64,000 nt of DNA from Eledone cirrhosa. Its lineage: Eukaryota. The position numbers were made by a program, and so were the translations under genes. The notes beneath the pieces are model-generated. The model saw only the letters and a list, made by a program, of their open reading frames with translations, ran no database searches and was not told the origin of the DNA. Of this stretch, positions 29,954 to 41,810 are shown piece by piece. The stretch is from contig OZ024740.1 in assembly GCA_964016885.1 (NCBI GenBank), positions 354,764,001 to 354,828,000 of the forward strand, given 5' to 3'. Within the stretch, counting starts at the first letter, position 1, and each line of letters begins with the position of its first letter.

Positions 29954-30242
29954 CATAGTAAGTTCATATTGTTATATTATACTCTCATCCCATTCTTCCT
30001 ACCATATTGTATCTGCAAGACACAACCCAACTTATATATTATATCGTCTTCTCTAATACATACATTTACGTAGCTCATAGCAACTACCAATTTATTGTAT
30101 GGATATATTTGTGTCATAAATTCTATCATTCGATGTTCAAATCGAATATTGTTATATAAAATAAACATTGTTAACAACTCAATCATGGCATTATTCTTTT
30201 CATCAAAACCATCATACCAACAATACAACCTACCCCGTTACA
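29113..30242 (+). mobile_element. Deleted LTR retrotransposon relic (gypsy-like): 5' LTR stub, non-coding internal segment, PPT, 3' LTR 29715-30242
   Basis: 4-bp TSD GTAC (29109-29112 and 30243-30246). tataacggaatactc repeated at 29113 and 29715. Polypurine tract agaag(g)11 at 29696-29711. LTR ends ccgttaca. Confidence 0.65.
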
Positions 30243-30554
30243 GTACCTTGCTGCTCATACCCAACCCCTACATACAAACGTGAAAAGTAGGACATGCTCC
30301 AAATCTGCTCCTCCCCCTCCCATAATGCTGCTGGCACGACAAAAAAAACAAACACTTTGTCTACACCTTCCATGTCTTAAAATCCCACCTTTCACCAGCT
30401 AAGCACCCCAACTTAGACCTACCTCTCCAATCTCCATTCTGCATACATGCCTCCCACCACTTTCCACATCTTATACACCTCTCTTATCTAACCCATGAAT
30501 ACAAGCTTGAAAAGCTGGACATACTCTACCTCAATACTGCTGAAATGGCTAAAA

Positions 30555-30960
30555 GCCCCCAATCCACACTGGAAGATGGTCATGCTGGTGACATAACAAA
30601 AGCCTTTAGTTCACTATGGGAGGTGTTCATGCTGGTGACATGACAAAAGAGCACCCAGCCCACTCTGTAAAGTGGTTGTGTTGGTGATATGACAAAAAAC
30701 ACCCAGTCCATTCTGTAAAGTTGTCATGTTGGTGACACGACAAAAAGCACCTAATCCACCCCTGTAGTCTTGTAGGTGACATGACAAAAAGCACCCAGTC
30801 AATGCTGTAAATGTGGTTGACATTAGGAAGAGCATCCAACCGTAGAAATCAGGCCAGAATCAGTTCTGTATGGACAAGACATGGTCACCTGATCTGACTT
30901 GTTTCACAATGGAACAACTTGTCTAACCCATGCTACCATGGAAAAATGGATGTTAAACAT

Positions 30961-31015
<55 letters not shown>
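30555..31015 (+). mobile_element. RTE 3' UTR/SINE tail with about 5 copies of a 48-bp unit and (GAT)n tail
   Basis: Repeated gcacccagtcc...ctgtaaagtggtcatgttggtgaca units, then ttaggaagagcatcc and (gat)n. Confidence 0.75.
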
Positions 31016-31424
31016 ATTATCTGAACATTCACTCAAGGATTAATGATTAATTTTGTATATATTTATGCCATCAGAGAAGACTGAAATGATCAATAAAGTG
31101 ATATCCTTTCACTACTAGCGAATCATTAGAATCTCATGATATATGATAAACAACACAATGACTACAGTGGTGAATGTCAATGTGAGAGAACATGATAGAG
31201 AAATATATAAAAGAGAAAATGAAGAATTAGAAGTGTCAAATCATCTATACAATATTTACTAAATAAGATAAATAAAAAATAAATAATTAGATATATTAGA
31301 AGTTATAAAGGATTATAGATAGTAAAATGTATCTACTACTAAGAAAGTATAACTTAATATTATTTATAAAAATTATAGAATAAAACGTAGCTCGGAGATC
31401 AGAGAGTCACTACAGGTAGAGCCA

Positions 31425-31645
31425 CTTGTGGTTAGAGTGTCTCAGGAAAGAATCGCTGGACAGATTTTACGACCCAGGGGCAGATCCCTAGGAAGATGAT
31501 TGGATAACATCCATCAGCTTGGCTGGTCATGCTTGGGTATCCAGCTGGATCAGTTGGAGACAGTTGCTTTTGACAGGACTCTGATCCCACGACCCTTTCG
31601 AGAATAAGTGGGCTAAGAAGAAGAAGAAGAAGAAGATGAAGAAGG
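31425..31645 (+). mobile_element. RTE (Expander-like) 3' end with (GAA)n tail
   Basis: Similar to 32822-33030(-), 51610-51950(-) and 56320-56625(-). Confidence 0.65.
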
Positions 31646-31784
31646 CGGAGGAAGAGGAGGTGATATACAATAATGCTAGATATATTAAACATTAGGGAAA
31701 TATCGGCACACATGATTCAGCCAGAGAATACCTTTGCTATTTAAGATTTTTAACATCTCGGATTGAATTTCATTATTCCTAGAG

Positions 31785-32105
31785 ACCTTGCCACATTTGA
31801 GCTATTTAATTGCTCTTGTGGCCTCAGCCTCTGAGAAGTTAGTTATTGCTCCTAGATGCACCTTGTGTACATCAGAAGATGCTGTTGTGACCAGGTTTAG
31901 GAAATCAGCAACATATTCTCTCCACCTCACGAGGATGCACCACACTGAAGAGAGGAAAACCACTGGCACATTCCTGATAGCAGGTGTGGAGGAGGACTTC
32001 TTATAAAGTTAGCGGATGGTCTGCCAGAATACTTTATATACTGATCTGAAGGATTCCAGCTTAACCCCAAAGTCTTCCACTGTCTTAACTTTGGATGCCT
32101 TCACT
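31785..32105 (-). pseudogene. Old RTE ORF remnant
   Basis: EDFGVKLESFRS..KVFWQTIR resembles the RTE linker WEEFG..E.DF..A.K.FWQTIR. Confidence 0.55.
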
Positions 32106-34952
32106 CTCTCATCTTCACAACTACCATCATCATCATAATCATCATTATCATCATCACTACCATCACTCTCATAATCATCATCTCCACCACCATCATCACC
32201 ACTAGTATCACTGTCATAATCAGAATCACCATGATCATATTCACCACCACCACCACCACCATTTGCATTACCATCATAATTATCATCATCATCACTGTCA
32301 TCACTCATATTTTTATTAATTAAAGACTTGAGTTGTTGATTTCTGATTGTAACCATTTTCTTTTCTTTACATCACTGATGCTTTTGGACAAGCATAAATA
32401 TCATAACATCCCATTTCTATTTCCCTTAGAGATATAATTGTTTCTACTTTTGGCACAAGGCCAGCAATTATCCCAGTGCATTACTGGTACTTTATTTTAT
32501 CGACCTCGTAAGGATGAAAGGCAAAGTTAACCTAGGCGGGATTTGAACTCAGAATGGCAAGGGCCGTAACTCTATGCATCAAAGCATGGCGTCCAACCCT
32601 CTACCGATACTGCCAATTCACCGCCCTTAGAGAGATATAATGGCTTATATTTGACATTTAATGTCCTGTACCACATGAAGCCACATTAGCAAGTCACTTT
32701 TGAAAAGTACAAAGCAGCACCATGATGGCATCACATTGAAAATTAAAGTTCACATCAGTAAAAATGTTCACATCAGTAAAGATACTATAAACATTTGAAT
32801 TAACAAATCTGTTTTTAGATATCTTCTTCTTCTTCTTCTTCTTCTTCTTCTTCTTCTTCTTCTTCTTCTTCGGGTCATGGGGGAAGAGTCCTCAAACACT
32901 CCTTCCAGTGGATCCTGTCAGAAGCAACCATCTCCAACTGATCTGGTTGGATCCCCAAGCATGACCAGCCAGGTTCATAGATGTTATCCAACCATCTTGC
33001 TAGGGATCTACCCCAGAGTCTCTTGCCAGTTGTTTTTAGACATTTTCTGCTAAATCATTACAGGATGTTATTAAGTAAGAAACAGAACAAAATAGGAAGC
33101 AATCATCAGATAAGACCAAGGAAACAATGTTTCTATTAGTTCTTTTACATTGTTGATACTATCTACTAGATACAGTTTTTGACAAAAGGAGGCCAGATTT
33201 GAATGGAACTATATCAGATACTGCAAAGCATCCCAACTGACTCTTTTAACTCTTTGGTTCTATGAAATATAACCACCCATTTCAAGGGTTTTCAATTTAA
33301 ATTAAAATCTTCTAACATAATTTTATATAAGAACCTTACATTAAGTTAGTAATGAAATAATTGATAATCTTAGTAAATCCCTCAAAATTCTTCATTAATT
33401 AATTCAGTATCGGTAGAGAGTCGGACGCCATGCTTTACGGTCTGAGTTCAAATCTCGCCAAGGTTCACTTTGCCTTTCATCCTTACGGGGTCGATAAAAT
33501 AGAGTACCAGTAATGTACTGGGTAATTGCTGGCCTTGTGCCAAAAGTAGAAACAATTAATTAATTACAATAGAGTGTATTTCATTAGAAATGTGATATTG
33601 AAAGGGTTAACACGTTTGCCAATCCTCAACCCCTGGACTAGTATTTTATTGAAGTAATTATCCTGAAATGATAATAGACAAATGATAATACACACTGAAT
33701 AAATACCAAAGCTTTGAATCCAATGCTGTAACAACTGTGCCTACTTGCAGTAAGAAATCTGGATAAACACATTAGGATTGATGTAATTTCCTGTTGAGTT
33801 TAATTTGATTCCCATTTGAAGCCATTTCAGTTTCCTGATATCATTAATGACTTTGGGCAAGGCATGTGTGTCACAACTACCCATTTCATTCCCTTTACAA
33901 CCCTGAAACTTTTGTTGTTATAATTGTTAAGGTTATAGTTGTTGTTATAGTTATTGTTGTAGTTATTGTTGCTGTTGTTATAGTTATTGTTGCTGTTGTT
34001 GTTACAGTTGGTATTGTTGATGATTTGCATGAGTAACTATGCATAAATTAGAATTCTAAGCAGTCATTTTTTTTATCAGGTAATCTAGGACACTGCTAGC
34101 ATTTACCTTTCTTTGTTGTTGTTATTTAGCTTCAGTCAAAATAATGTATTTAAAATGGAGAATTTCTAACATCTAGACAGATTACTCTATTTTTGTGTGT
34201 ATTTGTGGCACACATTTTCTTTTTAATCAGTTTAATCTTTTAGAGGAGTATTTTACACACATGGAAAAGGTAAGTTTCAAATTTTCTCTGTTGTCGTATA
34301 TTAACGTATATTTACTATGTTAAGCCGGTAGTGTGGAGTGTTATCATTTTATTCATAGAAAAGTTACCTATAGTATAAGTTCAGCTCCTAAGTTACTATG
34401 TACAGAACATTTAACATATACAACAGATTGTCAAGTTGTTATTTACATTTAAACTAAATATTAGTAACATAAATATTTATAGTGAGTAAAAAGAATTCAA
34501 TAAATGAATATATGAATATCTCTATTTACTATCATCGACAAAACTATTAAGTAAAACAGCGAGAGATAGACTGATGGCTATAACTACTACATACAAATAC
34601 TACATCATGTACTCAGTTCTTTAACAACTAGCCCCAATCCCTCCACCACCACCTTCCAATTTATGACATTCCTCATATTTATCTCTTGTCATAGGATCAT
34701 AACTACCAACGTAGTCCGATTAACCTTGTGGCAGGAGTAGATTTCTTACAAGCCCCACATTTTAGGGGTCCTCATATTAAGTGCTTTATACTAAGGGCCC
34801 CTTTATAGTATATGTTATGAGACCCAAAGCCCTACATTAACTTAATCTGGTACTGTTAAGTATGAATTTTAAAATATAGTATATATTGAGTTCCTCTCTC
34901 AATCAATATATGCGTGTGTGTTTGTGTATATGTATGTGTATATGTATGTGTG

Positions 34953-34991
<39 letters not shown>

Positions 34992-35104
34992 ACATATATA
35001 TATTTATATATATATCATCATCATCATCATCATCATTTTACATCCGCTTTTCCCTGCTTGCAAGGGCGGGATGGGAACTGATTCTGGCTTATATACATAT
35101 ATGT

Positions 35105-35141
<37 letters not shown>

Positions 35142-35157
35142 TATATATATGTACATA

Positions 35158-35485
35158 TGGCTTAGTGGTTAGAGCATTGGCCTTGCAATCGAAAGGTTGT
35201 GAGTTCAATTCTCAGACCGGGTGATGTGTTGTTTCCTTGAGCAAAACACTTTATTTCACATTGCTCCAGTTTACTCAGCTGTAGAAATGAGATGATAGGG
35301 ACTGGGGTCCCTATCATTCCACTGCAAAGTGGTCGTGGAGGTGCCACGGCAAAAAAGCACCCAGCACTCACTGTAAATGAGGTTGGTGTTAGGAAGGGCA
35401 TCCAGCTGTAGAAATCAAGCTAGAATCAGTTCCCGTCCCACCCTTGCAAGCAGGGAAAAGTGGACGTAAAAAATGAAATGAAATG
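35158..35485 (+). mobile_element. Composite SINE: tRNA head + CORE-like domain + RTE-derived tail
   Basis: A box TGGCTTAGTGG at 35158; B box GAGTTCAATTC at 35201. CORE-like ccttgagcaaaacacttt, then RTE 3' UTR ttaggaagggcatccagctgtagaaa and a gaaat tail. Related heads near 10135-10225, 26075-26212(-) and 50420-50515. Confidence 0.78.
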
Positions 35486-35525
35486 AAAAAAAATATATAT
35501 ATATGCATATATATATGTACATATA

Positions 35526-35572
<47 letters not shown>

Positions 35573-35737
35573 TGTCCAACCGATACAAGTGTGGAAAACG
35601 GATGTAAAAATGATGATGATGATGATATAAGTGAGGTGTCCCAAAAGTTACTTAGATATTTGAAAGTCAAATATCATGCTTATTTATTTTCAATAATATC
35701 ATGGTAACTTTTGGGCCATATGTATGTATGTATGTTA

Positions 35738-36352
35738 TATCAGAGTTTTCCTTCTCCTAGAATTCTGCCTTGACAAAGGCTAAGGGGTCATCTCTCCCGG
35801 TGATTTTGGATGGCCATTGCCTCTTAAGAGCTCCTTTGCCTTTTGACAGGTTTTGTTTTTAGTCCTGCAGGATGTCCAAAGTCACCCTCCTCACCAAGAA
35901 ACCTTGGTGGGGTTGCCAGTTTAGTCGCCAACGACCCAACCATAGGACAGGTTGTACTGATGGTATCCAATGATGTTGACTTGTTCTTCTTTTTGGTAAA
36001 TATCATCTTGGTTAAGAGAGTGGGACTGGCTTTGTGCAGTGCCTTTGCTCACGATAAAAGCTTCACGGCACAGGCATTGCTTTATATCTGGAGATCTCTC
36101 TGCACTTGTCGTCACATGGTACTATGGGCCCAGCTCTATGTGTCAATAATTGTCACAGGTGTAGTGTTTGTACCAGGGTTTTCAAGTCACTGGCTGGACT
36201 AAAAAGTCACACTCGTTCAGTGCATCGGTAGGGGTTCTCCTACATGGATATAAAGTAGTGGCCGTACTCGAAAACGAGTTGGCAGCCACCATGTATGTAT
36301 GTATGTATGTATGTATGTATGTATGTATGTATGTATGTATGTATGTATGTAT
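35738..36352 (+). mobile_element. Non-autonomous RTE-derived element with C-terminal C2H2 remnant and (ATGT)n tail
   Basis: 36160-36231 translates CSVCTRVFKSLAGLKSHTRSVHR*. Flanked by (TATG)n on both sides. Inverted near-identical copy from 63650 to the window end. Confidence 0.7.
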
Positions 36353-37879
36353 GTGTGTGTGTGTATATATATATATATATGTAAAATACGTATGTGCATG
36401 TTTGTGTATGTATGTATATATGTTCACTATATGTATATGTACGTATTTATGTACAATATATATATATATATATAAATATTTATAATAAGAGTTCGTTTCC
36501 ACACACACAAATACACACACATTTATAAATAAAGAAAGATTGTTTTCACTTATGAATATTCAGTTGTTTCAATGTTTCTACCATTTAAATATTTATTCAA
36601 ATACCCTAGACATTTTAAAGAGGTAAATAGTATAAGTAATCACACCCCGGATCTTATATCTTAGTCATAGTTAGGTTGATGAAGCTTAAATTTGAAAGGA
36701 AAAAAACAAAGTTACTTAGTTTGTTGATATCTATTTCAGATTGTTTTCCAACATCTAACTACTATTGTGTTAGATTGATTTTATATTGAATTTCCATCTG
36801 TGGAAACTAGACTTTTACATTCTACTACTGTGTCAGAGCTGTTTAATAACGCAGCTGTGGTGTGTCTTACATAACTTCATTTAACTATTTTATATTGAAC
36901 CACTCTGTACATATCAGCTATACTAATGTTACTATCATAGATATTTTTATAGGCCGATATTCCATATACATTGATATTATCAGGGCTACATTATACTGAA
37001 GTATCCTGTAAACAAGAATAGTTTATTATGAAACTATTCTGTGACCTCTATTACTGGGACATAGCTATTGTATACTGAAGTAATCTGTAAACACTATTAT
37101 AGTGTCTTTCTATGTAGCTTTAGAAGAAAGTGAAATCATCCACCTTTCTTTCATTATCTCTGGTGTGTGGTTGGTTATGGAATTATTCTTTTCATTATAA
37201 TAGAAAAGAAAATTCCTCAGAAGAATTTATAACAAAGAAATTGTCATACAGAGAATGTCATATTGTTTCATCCTTCTATAAATATTTGTTGTTGTTGTTA
37301 GTGGTGGTGGTGGTCGTCGTCATGGTCATATTTGGCAGTATTGGTAGGGGGCTGTACAATATGCTTTGCCGTATAGAGTTACAGCCCTTTACTTTCAGAG
37401 TTCAAAACCTGCCAAAGTTAACTTTGCCTTTCATCCTTTTGGGGTCAATAAAATAAAGTACCAGTAATGCACTGGTGTCGATTTAATCGACTTTCCTCTC
37501 CCCCAAAATTGTTGGCTTTCTGCCTAAATCAGAAACTATTATTAGGTTCTAGGTGTCAGAATAAGAAGCACCCAGTATACTCTGTAAAGTAGCTAGTGTT
37601 AGGAAGGGCTTTTAGCCTTAGAAACTATACCATAATACACCTAGTACACTCTATAAAGTAGTTGGTGATAGGAAGGGCATCTAACCATAGAAAAACATGT
37701 TAAACTTGATCAACAATGCAAGTGACATGTTTTATTCTGGCAGATATTTTCCGCATCTCAATCAGTATCTGTGATGGTCTGGCTACATTCTCTCCCATTG
37801 TACTCTTAATGGACTCTTCAATTATATAGCTGTGCATTTCAGTTGTTGAACCCTCTATTTGGTCTACTTCTAGTAGTAG

Positions 37880-38148
37880 CAGGGCCGGATTTAAAGGGGG
37901 AGGGAGAAATTGTTCCGAGCTCCCTGCACTGGGGGGCCCCAGGACTTTTTAGTTTTGGGATGGTTAGAAATTTTAAATTTAATACCTGTATGTATAACTT
38001 TTCAACTCCAACTGCTTGCACCAAGTTAACTTTGTTATGTAAAATTGGAGGGGGTAGGGTGGTATGTATTCTAATTTTTTGTGTAAGAGGGGCCCCCAAA
38101 CCTGAAATCCTACCCCCCCCCCCCCCCCCCCGTCTAAATCCAACTCTG
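37880..38148. mobile_element. hAT-type MITE
   Basis: TIR cagggccggattta / cagagttggattta; 8-bp TSD agtagtag / actagtag (7/8). Internal part recurs inverted at about 12735-12880. Confidence 0.65.
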
Positions 38149-38269
38149 ACTAGTAGTCTCTCTGTCTCCCATACATTCTGCTCTTTCAGCAACCTGTTGT
38201 AGTAGCATGTCTATTCCTTCTCAACATCAGGAAGAGTGAGTGGACTGCTACCATTATAGACAAACATTA

Positions 38270-39470
38270 CCACCCTGTAAAGTGGTTGTGTTGGTGACAA
38301 CAAATAAGCACCCATTCCACCTTGCAAAGTGGTCATGTTGGTGACACAACAAAAAGCACCCTGTCCACCCTGTAAAGTGGTCGAGTTGGTGACATGACAA
38401 AAAGCACCCAGTCAATGCTGTAAATGTGGTTGACATTAGGAAAAGCATCCAACCGTAGAAATCAGGCCAGAATCATGACAAAAAGAACCCAATCCACCAT
38501 GACATGACAAAAAGAACCCAATCCACCCTGTAAAGTTATTGTGTAGGTGACACAACAAAAAGCACCCAGTCCATCCTGTAAACTGGTCATGTTTGTAACA
38601 CAACAAAAAGCACCCAGTCCATCCTGTAAAGTGGTCATGTTGGTGACATGACAAATAAGCACCCAGCCCATCCTGTAAAGTGATCATGTTGGTAACACAA
38701 CAAAAAGCACCCAGTCCATCCTGTAAGGTGGTCGTGTTGGTGACATGACAAATAAGCACCCAGCCCATCCTGTAAAGTGATCATGTTGGTGACACAACAA
38801 AAAGTACCCAGTCCCCTCTGTAAAGTGGTCATGTTGGTGACACAACAAAAAGCACCCTGTCCACCCTGTAAAGTGGTCGAGTTGGTGACAAGACAAAAAG
38901 AACCCAATCCACCCTGTAAAGTTATTGTGTAGGTGACACAACAAAAAGCACCCAGTCCATCCTGTAAACTGGTCATGTTGGTAACACAACAAAAAGCACC
39001 CAGTCCATCCTGTAAAGTGGTCGTGTTGGTGACATGACAAATAAGCACCCAGCCCATCCTGTAAAGTGATCATGTTGGTGACATGACAAAAAGCATTCAG
39101 TCCACCCTGTAAGGTGGTTGTGTTGGTGACATGACAAATAAGCACCCAGCCCATCCTGTAAAATGATCATGTTGGTGACACAACAAAAAGCACCCAGTCC
39201 CCTCTGTAAAGTGATTGTGTTTGTGACACAACAAATAAGCACCCAGTTCACCTGGTAAAGTGGTCATGTTGGTGACATGACACAAAAAGCACTCAGTCTC
39301 CACTGTAAAGAAGTGGTGTTGGCAACATGACAAAAAGCACCCAGTCTACCCTGTAAGGTGGTTGTTTTGGTGACACGATAAAAATGTATCCAGTCCAACC
39401 TGTCAGATGGTTGCTTTGGTGCCACAATAGAAATGCACCTAGTCCACACTGTAAATGTGGTTGGAGTTAG
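38270..39470 (+). repeat. 48-49-bp tandem satellite (about 23 units) derived from an RTE 3' UTR, followed by the RTE tail to about 39590
   Basis: Unit gacacaacaaaaagcacccagtccatcctgtaaagtggtcatgttggt with no unique spacers. Variant blocks recur about 386 bp apart. Confidence 0.9.
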
Positions 39471-40250
39471 GAAGAAACCAAGCCAGAAACAGTTCCACAT
39501 GAGTCACCTGATCTGACTTGTCTCACAACAGGATAACTCATCTCTAACCTATGCTGGCGTAGAAAATGGGTGTTAAATGATGATGACGATTTCATGAGAT
39601 CCTGATCCATTGCAGCCCAGAACACTTCACACTTCTCATTATGAATATCTTCAGTTTCTTTTCTATTTACCTGATATTGTTCCTTGCTTCTTGCCTTTCT
39701 TCTATTCTTGCCATGCCTGTTGCTTAGCTTTTATGGTTCTATGTAACCTAGCATTCTACCATTGTGTTTCTTTGCGTCTTATGGCCCTTTACATTCTGAG
39801 TTCAAATCCCGCCAAGTTTAACTTTGCTTTTCATCTTTACTGGATCGATAAAATAAAGCACCAGTAATGCACCGTAGTCAATTTGATCAACTTTCCCCTC
39901 CCTCAAATTGCTGGCCTTGTGCCTAAATCAGAAATCATGTTACTTTCCACGTAGCAACCACTCTTTCCACCATTTTCCATAGGAGTATTTTAACTGGTTT
40001 TCTAAGCTTTTATTTATAGTCTGTGTTCCCAGTTATTTTCTATATTTTCTAAGTATATATATAACTCTTTAGTAATCAAGAGTTTTATCAGAATCCTAGA
40101 GTTGCTTGCTTAAAAACGATTTTCAAAGTTTTCTTTCTCATCTTGGTGGTTACTTTTAATGTAATACCAGCACATGTTTAGGGTGAGGTGGAAAGGAAGG
40201 TTTATTAATAAAAAGTGTAAATGAAGATATGTACCAGAATTATATTAAAA

Positions 40251-40802
40251 GGAAGAGGCTATTTTGCTGGTCCTGGTAAAATAGACCCCCCCCCCCACCC
40301 CAGTCTATTTTGCCTGTAAGAGTGTCAGACACCATGCTTTTCAGCATAGAGTTGTGGCCCTTTACTGTATGAATTCAAATCCCCCTGAGGTTAGCTTTGT
40401 CTTTCATCCTTACGGGACAATAAAATAAAGCACCAGTAATGCACTGGAGTCAATTTAATTGACTTTCCGCTCTCCCAAAATTGCTGGCCTTGTGCCTAAA
40501 TCAGAAACCATTATTATGAAGGCAGGTAATGTTAAAAATAACACCACACAGATTTAACATAGAAATTTATTTATTTTCATCACCAATTATTAAGACAATT
40601 TAAAATCTAACCCTAACCCTAACCCTAACCCTAACCCTAACCCTAACCTTACCCTAACCTTAATCCAAACCCAAGTTCAACGATAACACTATTTATATTT
40701 ACCAGAAAAATAGCCTGGAGGTCTATTTTACCGGGACTGGTAAAATAAGCTTAAAAAAGCATGTTTGTCTATTTTACCGGGACCGGCAAAGTAGCCTATT
40801 CG
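40251..40802. mobile_element. Non-autonomous Mutator-like (MULE) element with telomeric repeats and a nested SINE
   Basis: Perfect 9-bp TSD ATATTAAAA (40242-40250 and 40803-40811). TIRs of about 36 bp (gaagaggctattttgctggtcctggtaaaatagac vs gaataggctactttgccggtcccggtaaaatagac). Subterminal repeats of the TIR motif. Confidence 0.82.
40607..40674. repeat. Interstitial telomeric repeat (CCCTAA)n
   Basis: Six perfect units at 40611-40646, then degenerate units. Confidence 0.9.
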
Positions 40803-41156
40803 ATATTAAAAAGAAGCTGCAGATAGTAGTGATCAGTCGGAAAATTAATTTTAAGCAAGAAGATCTAAGATTTGGATCGACTATAAAATCTTGATCAGTA
40901 AATAGTTACTACAACTGCATTTTGTAAAACATTTAATTATTAAAGAAAACAACCATCAGAAAAACCATTTTTATCATTTTTCAAATATATTTTAGTGTAG
41001 CAAGGATTTCTTTCTTTTCTAGCCAAATCAGTTCCTGTATGAGCAAGGCATGGTCAGCCGACCAGACACTGCCCACAACAGGACAACCCGTCTAACCCAT
41101 GCTAGCGTGGAAGAACGGACGTAAAACGGTGATGATGATGATGTATATATATATAT

Positions 41157-41256
41157 AATATTTAATATAGAAATGGCATCTACAGGACTAGAACTGATGA
41201 TTTCTCCTGAATTAAACAGTTCTAGTCCTGTAGAAGCCATTTCTATATTAAATATT
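41157..41256. repeat. 100-bp near-perfect inverted repeat
   Basis: 40-bp arms 41157-41196 and 41217-41256 with one mismatch; 20-nt loop. Confidence 0.9.
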
Positions 41257-41299
41257 TATACTCTGCTATGTATTGTGTACCTTACTTACTGTGGTTGCC

Positions 41300-41774
41300 C
41301 CCAATTGAATCCGGGATAAACTTATACACCCCCGTCCCACCACCCCCATCCCATCCACACCGCCCTTTCAATGTAAAGTTATGTTGGTGCCACAACATCC
41401 AGGCCGAAACAAATGAGATCGTGTAGGTGTCACGACAAAAAACACACAGTCCACGCTGTAATGTGGCCGTGTAGGCAACATGGTAAAAACCTCCCAGCCC
41501 CACACTGTAAATGTGGTTGGTGTTAGGAAGGGCATCCAGCTGTAGAAAACCCGCCAGACAGTCCACGCTGTATGTGGTCGTGTAGGCAACACGGTAAAAA
41601 CCTCCCAGCCCCACACTGTAAATGTGGTTGGTGTTAGGAAGGGCATCCAGCTGTAGAAAACCCGCCAGACAGTCCTATGCGAGGAAGGCAATCACTCTTG
41701 CCTCAAGTGGGAAAACCCCCATCCAAACCCATGCAAGCGTGGAACACGGACGTTAAACGTTGATGATGATGATG

Positions 41775-41777
<3 letters not shown>
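41300..41777 (+). mobile_element. RTE 3' UTR with a ~112-bp internal tandem duplication and (GAT)n tail
   Basis: 41447-41563 is repeated at 41559-41675; ends aacgttgatgatgatg. Confidence 0.7.

Positions 41778-41810
<33 letters not shown>

Noticed and set aside
32009-32356. Acidic D/G-rich protein ORF
   Set aside because: Degenerate (GAT)n microsatellite fused to an RTE remnant.
35158-35225. tRNA gene
   Set aside because: A and B boxes are present but there is no clean cloverleaf, and the sequence runs into a SINE body. The same applies to the other SINE heads.
38270-39470. Possible CRISPR-like array, or Cys/His-rich ORFs on the minus strand
   Set aside because: Units are contiguous with no unique spacers, there are no cas genes and the context is eukaryotic. 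The ORFs are translations of the tandem repeat.
40607-40674. True telomere or chromosome fusion site
   Set aside because: Short, single orientation and enclosed by TIRs and a TSD.
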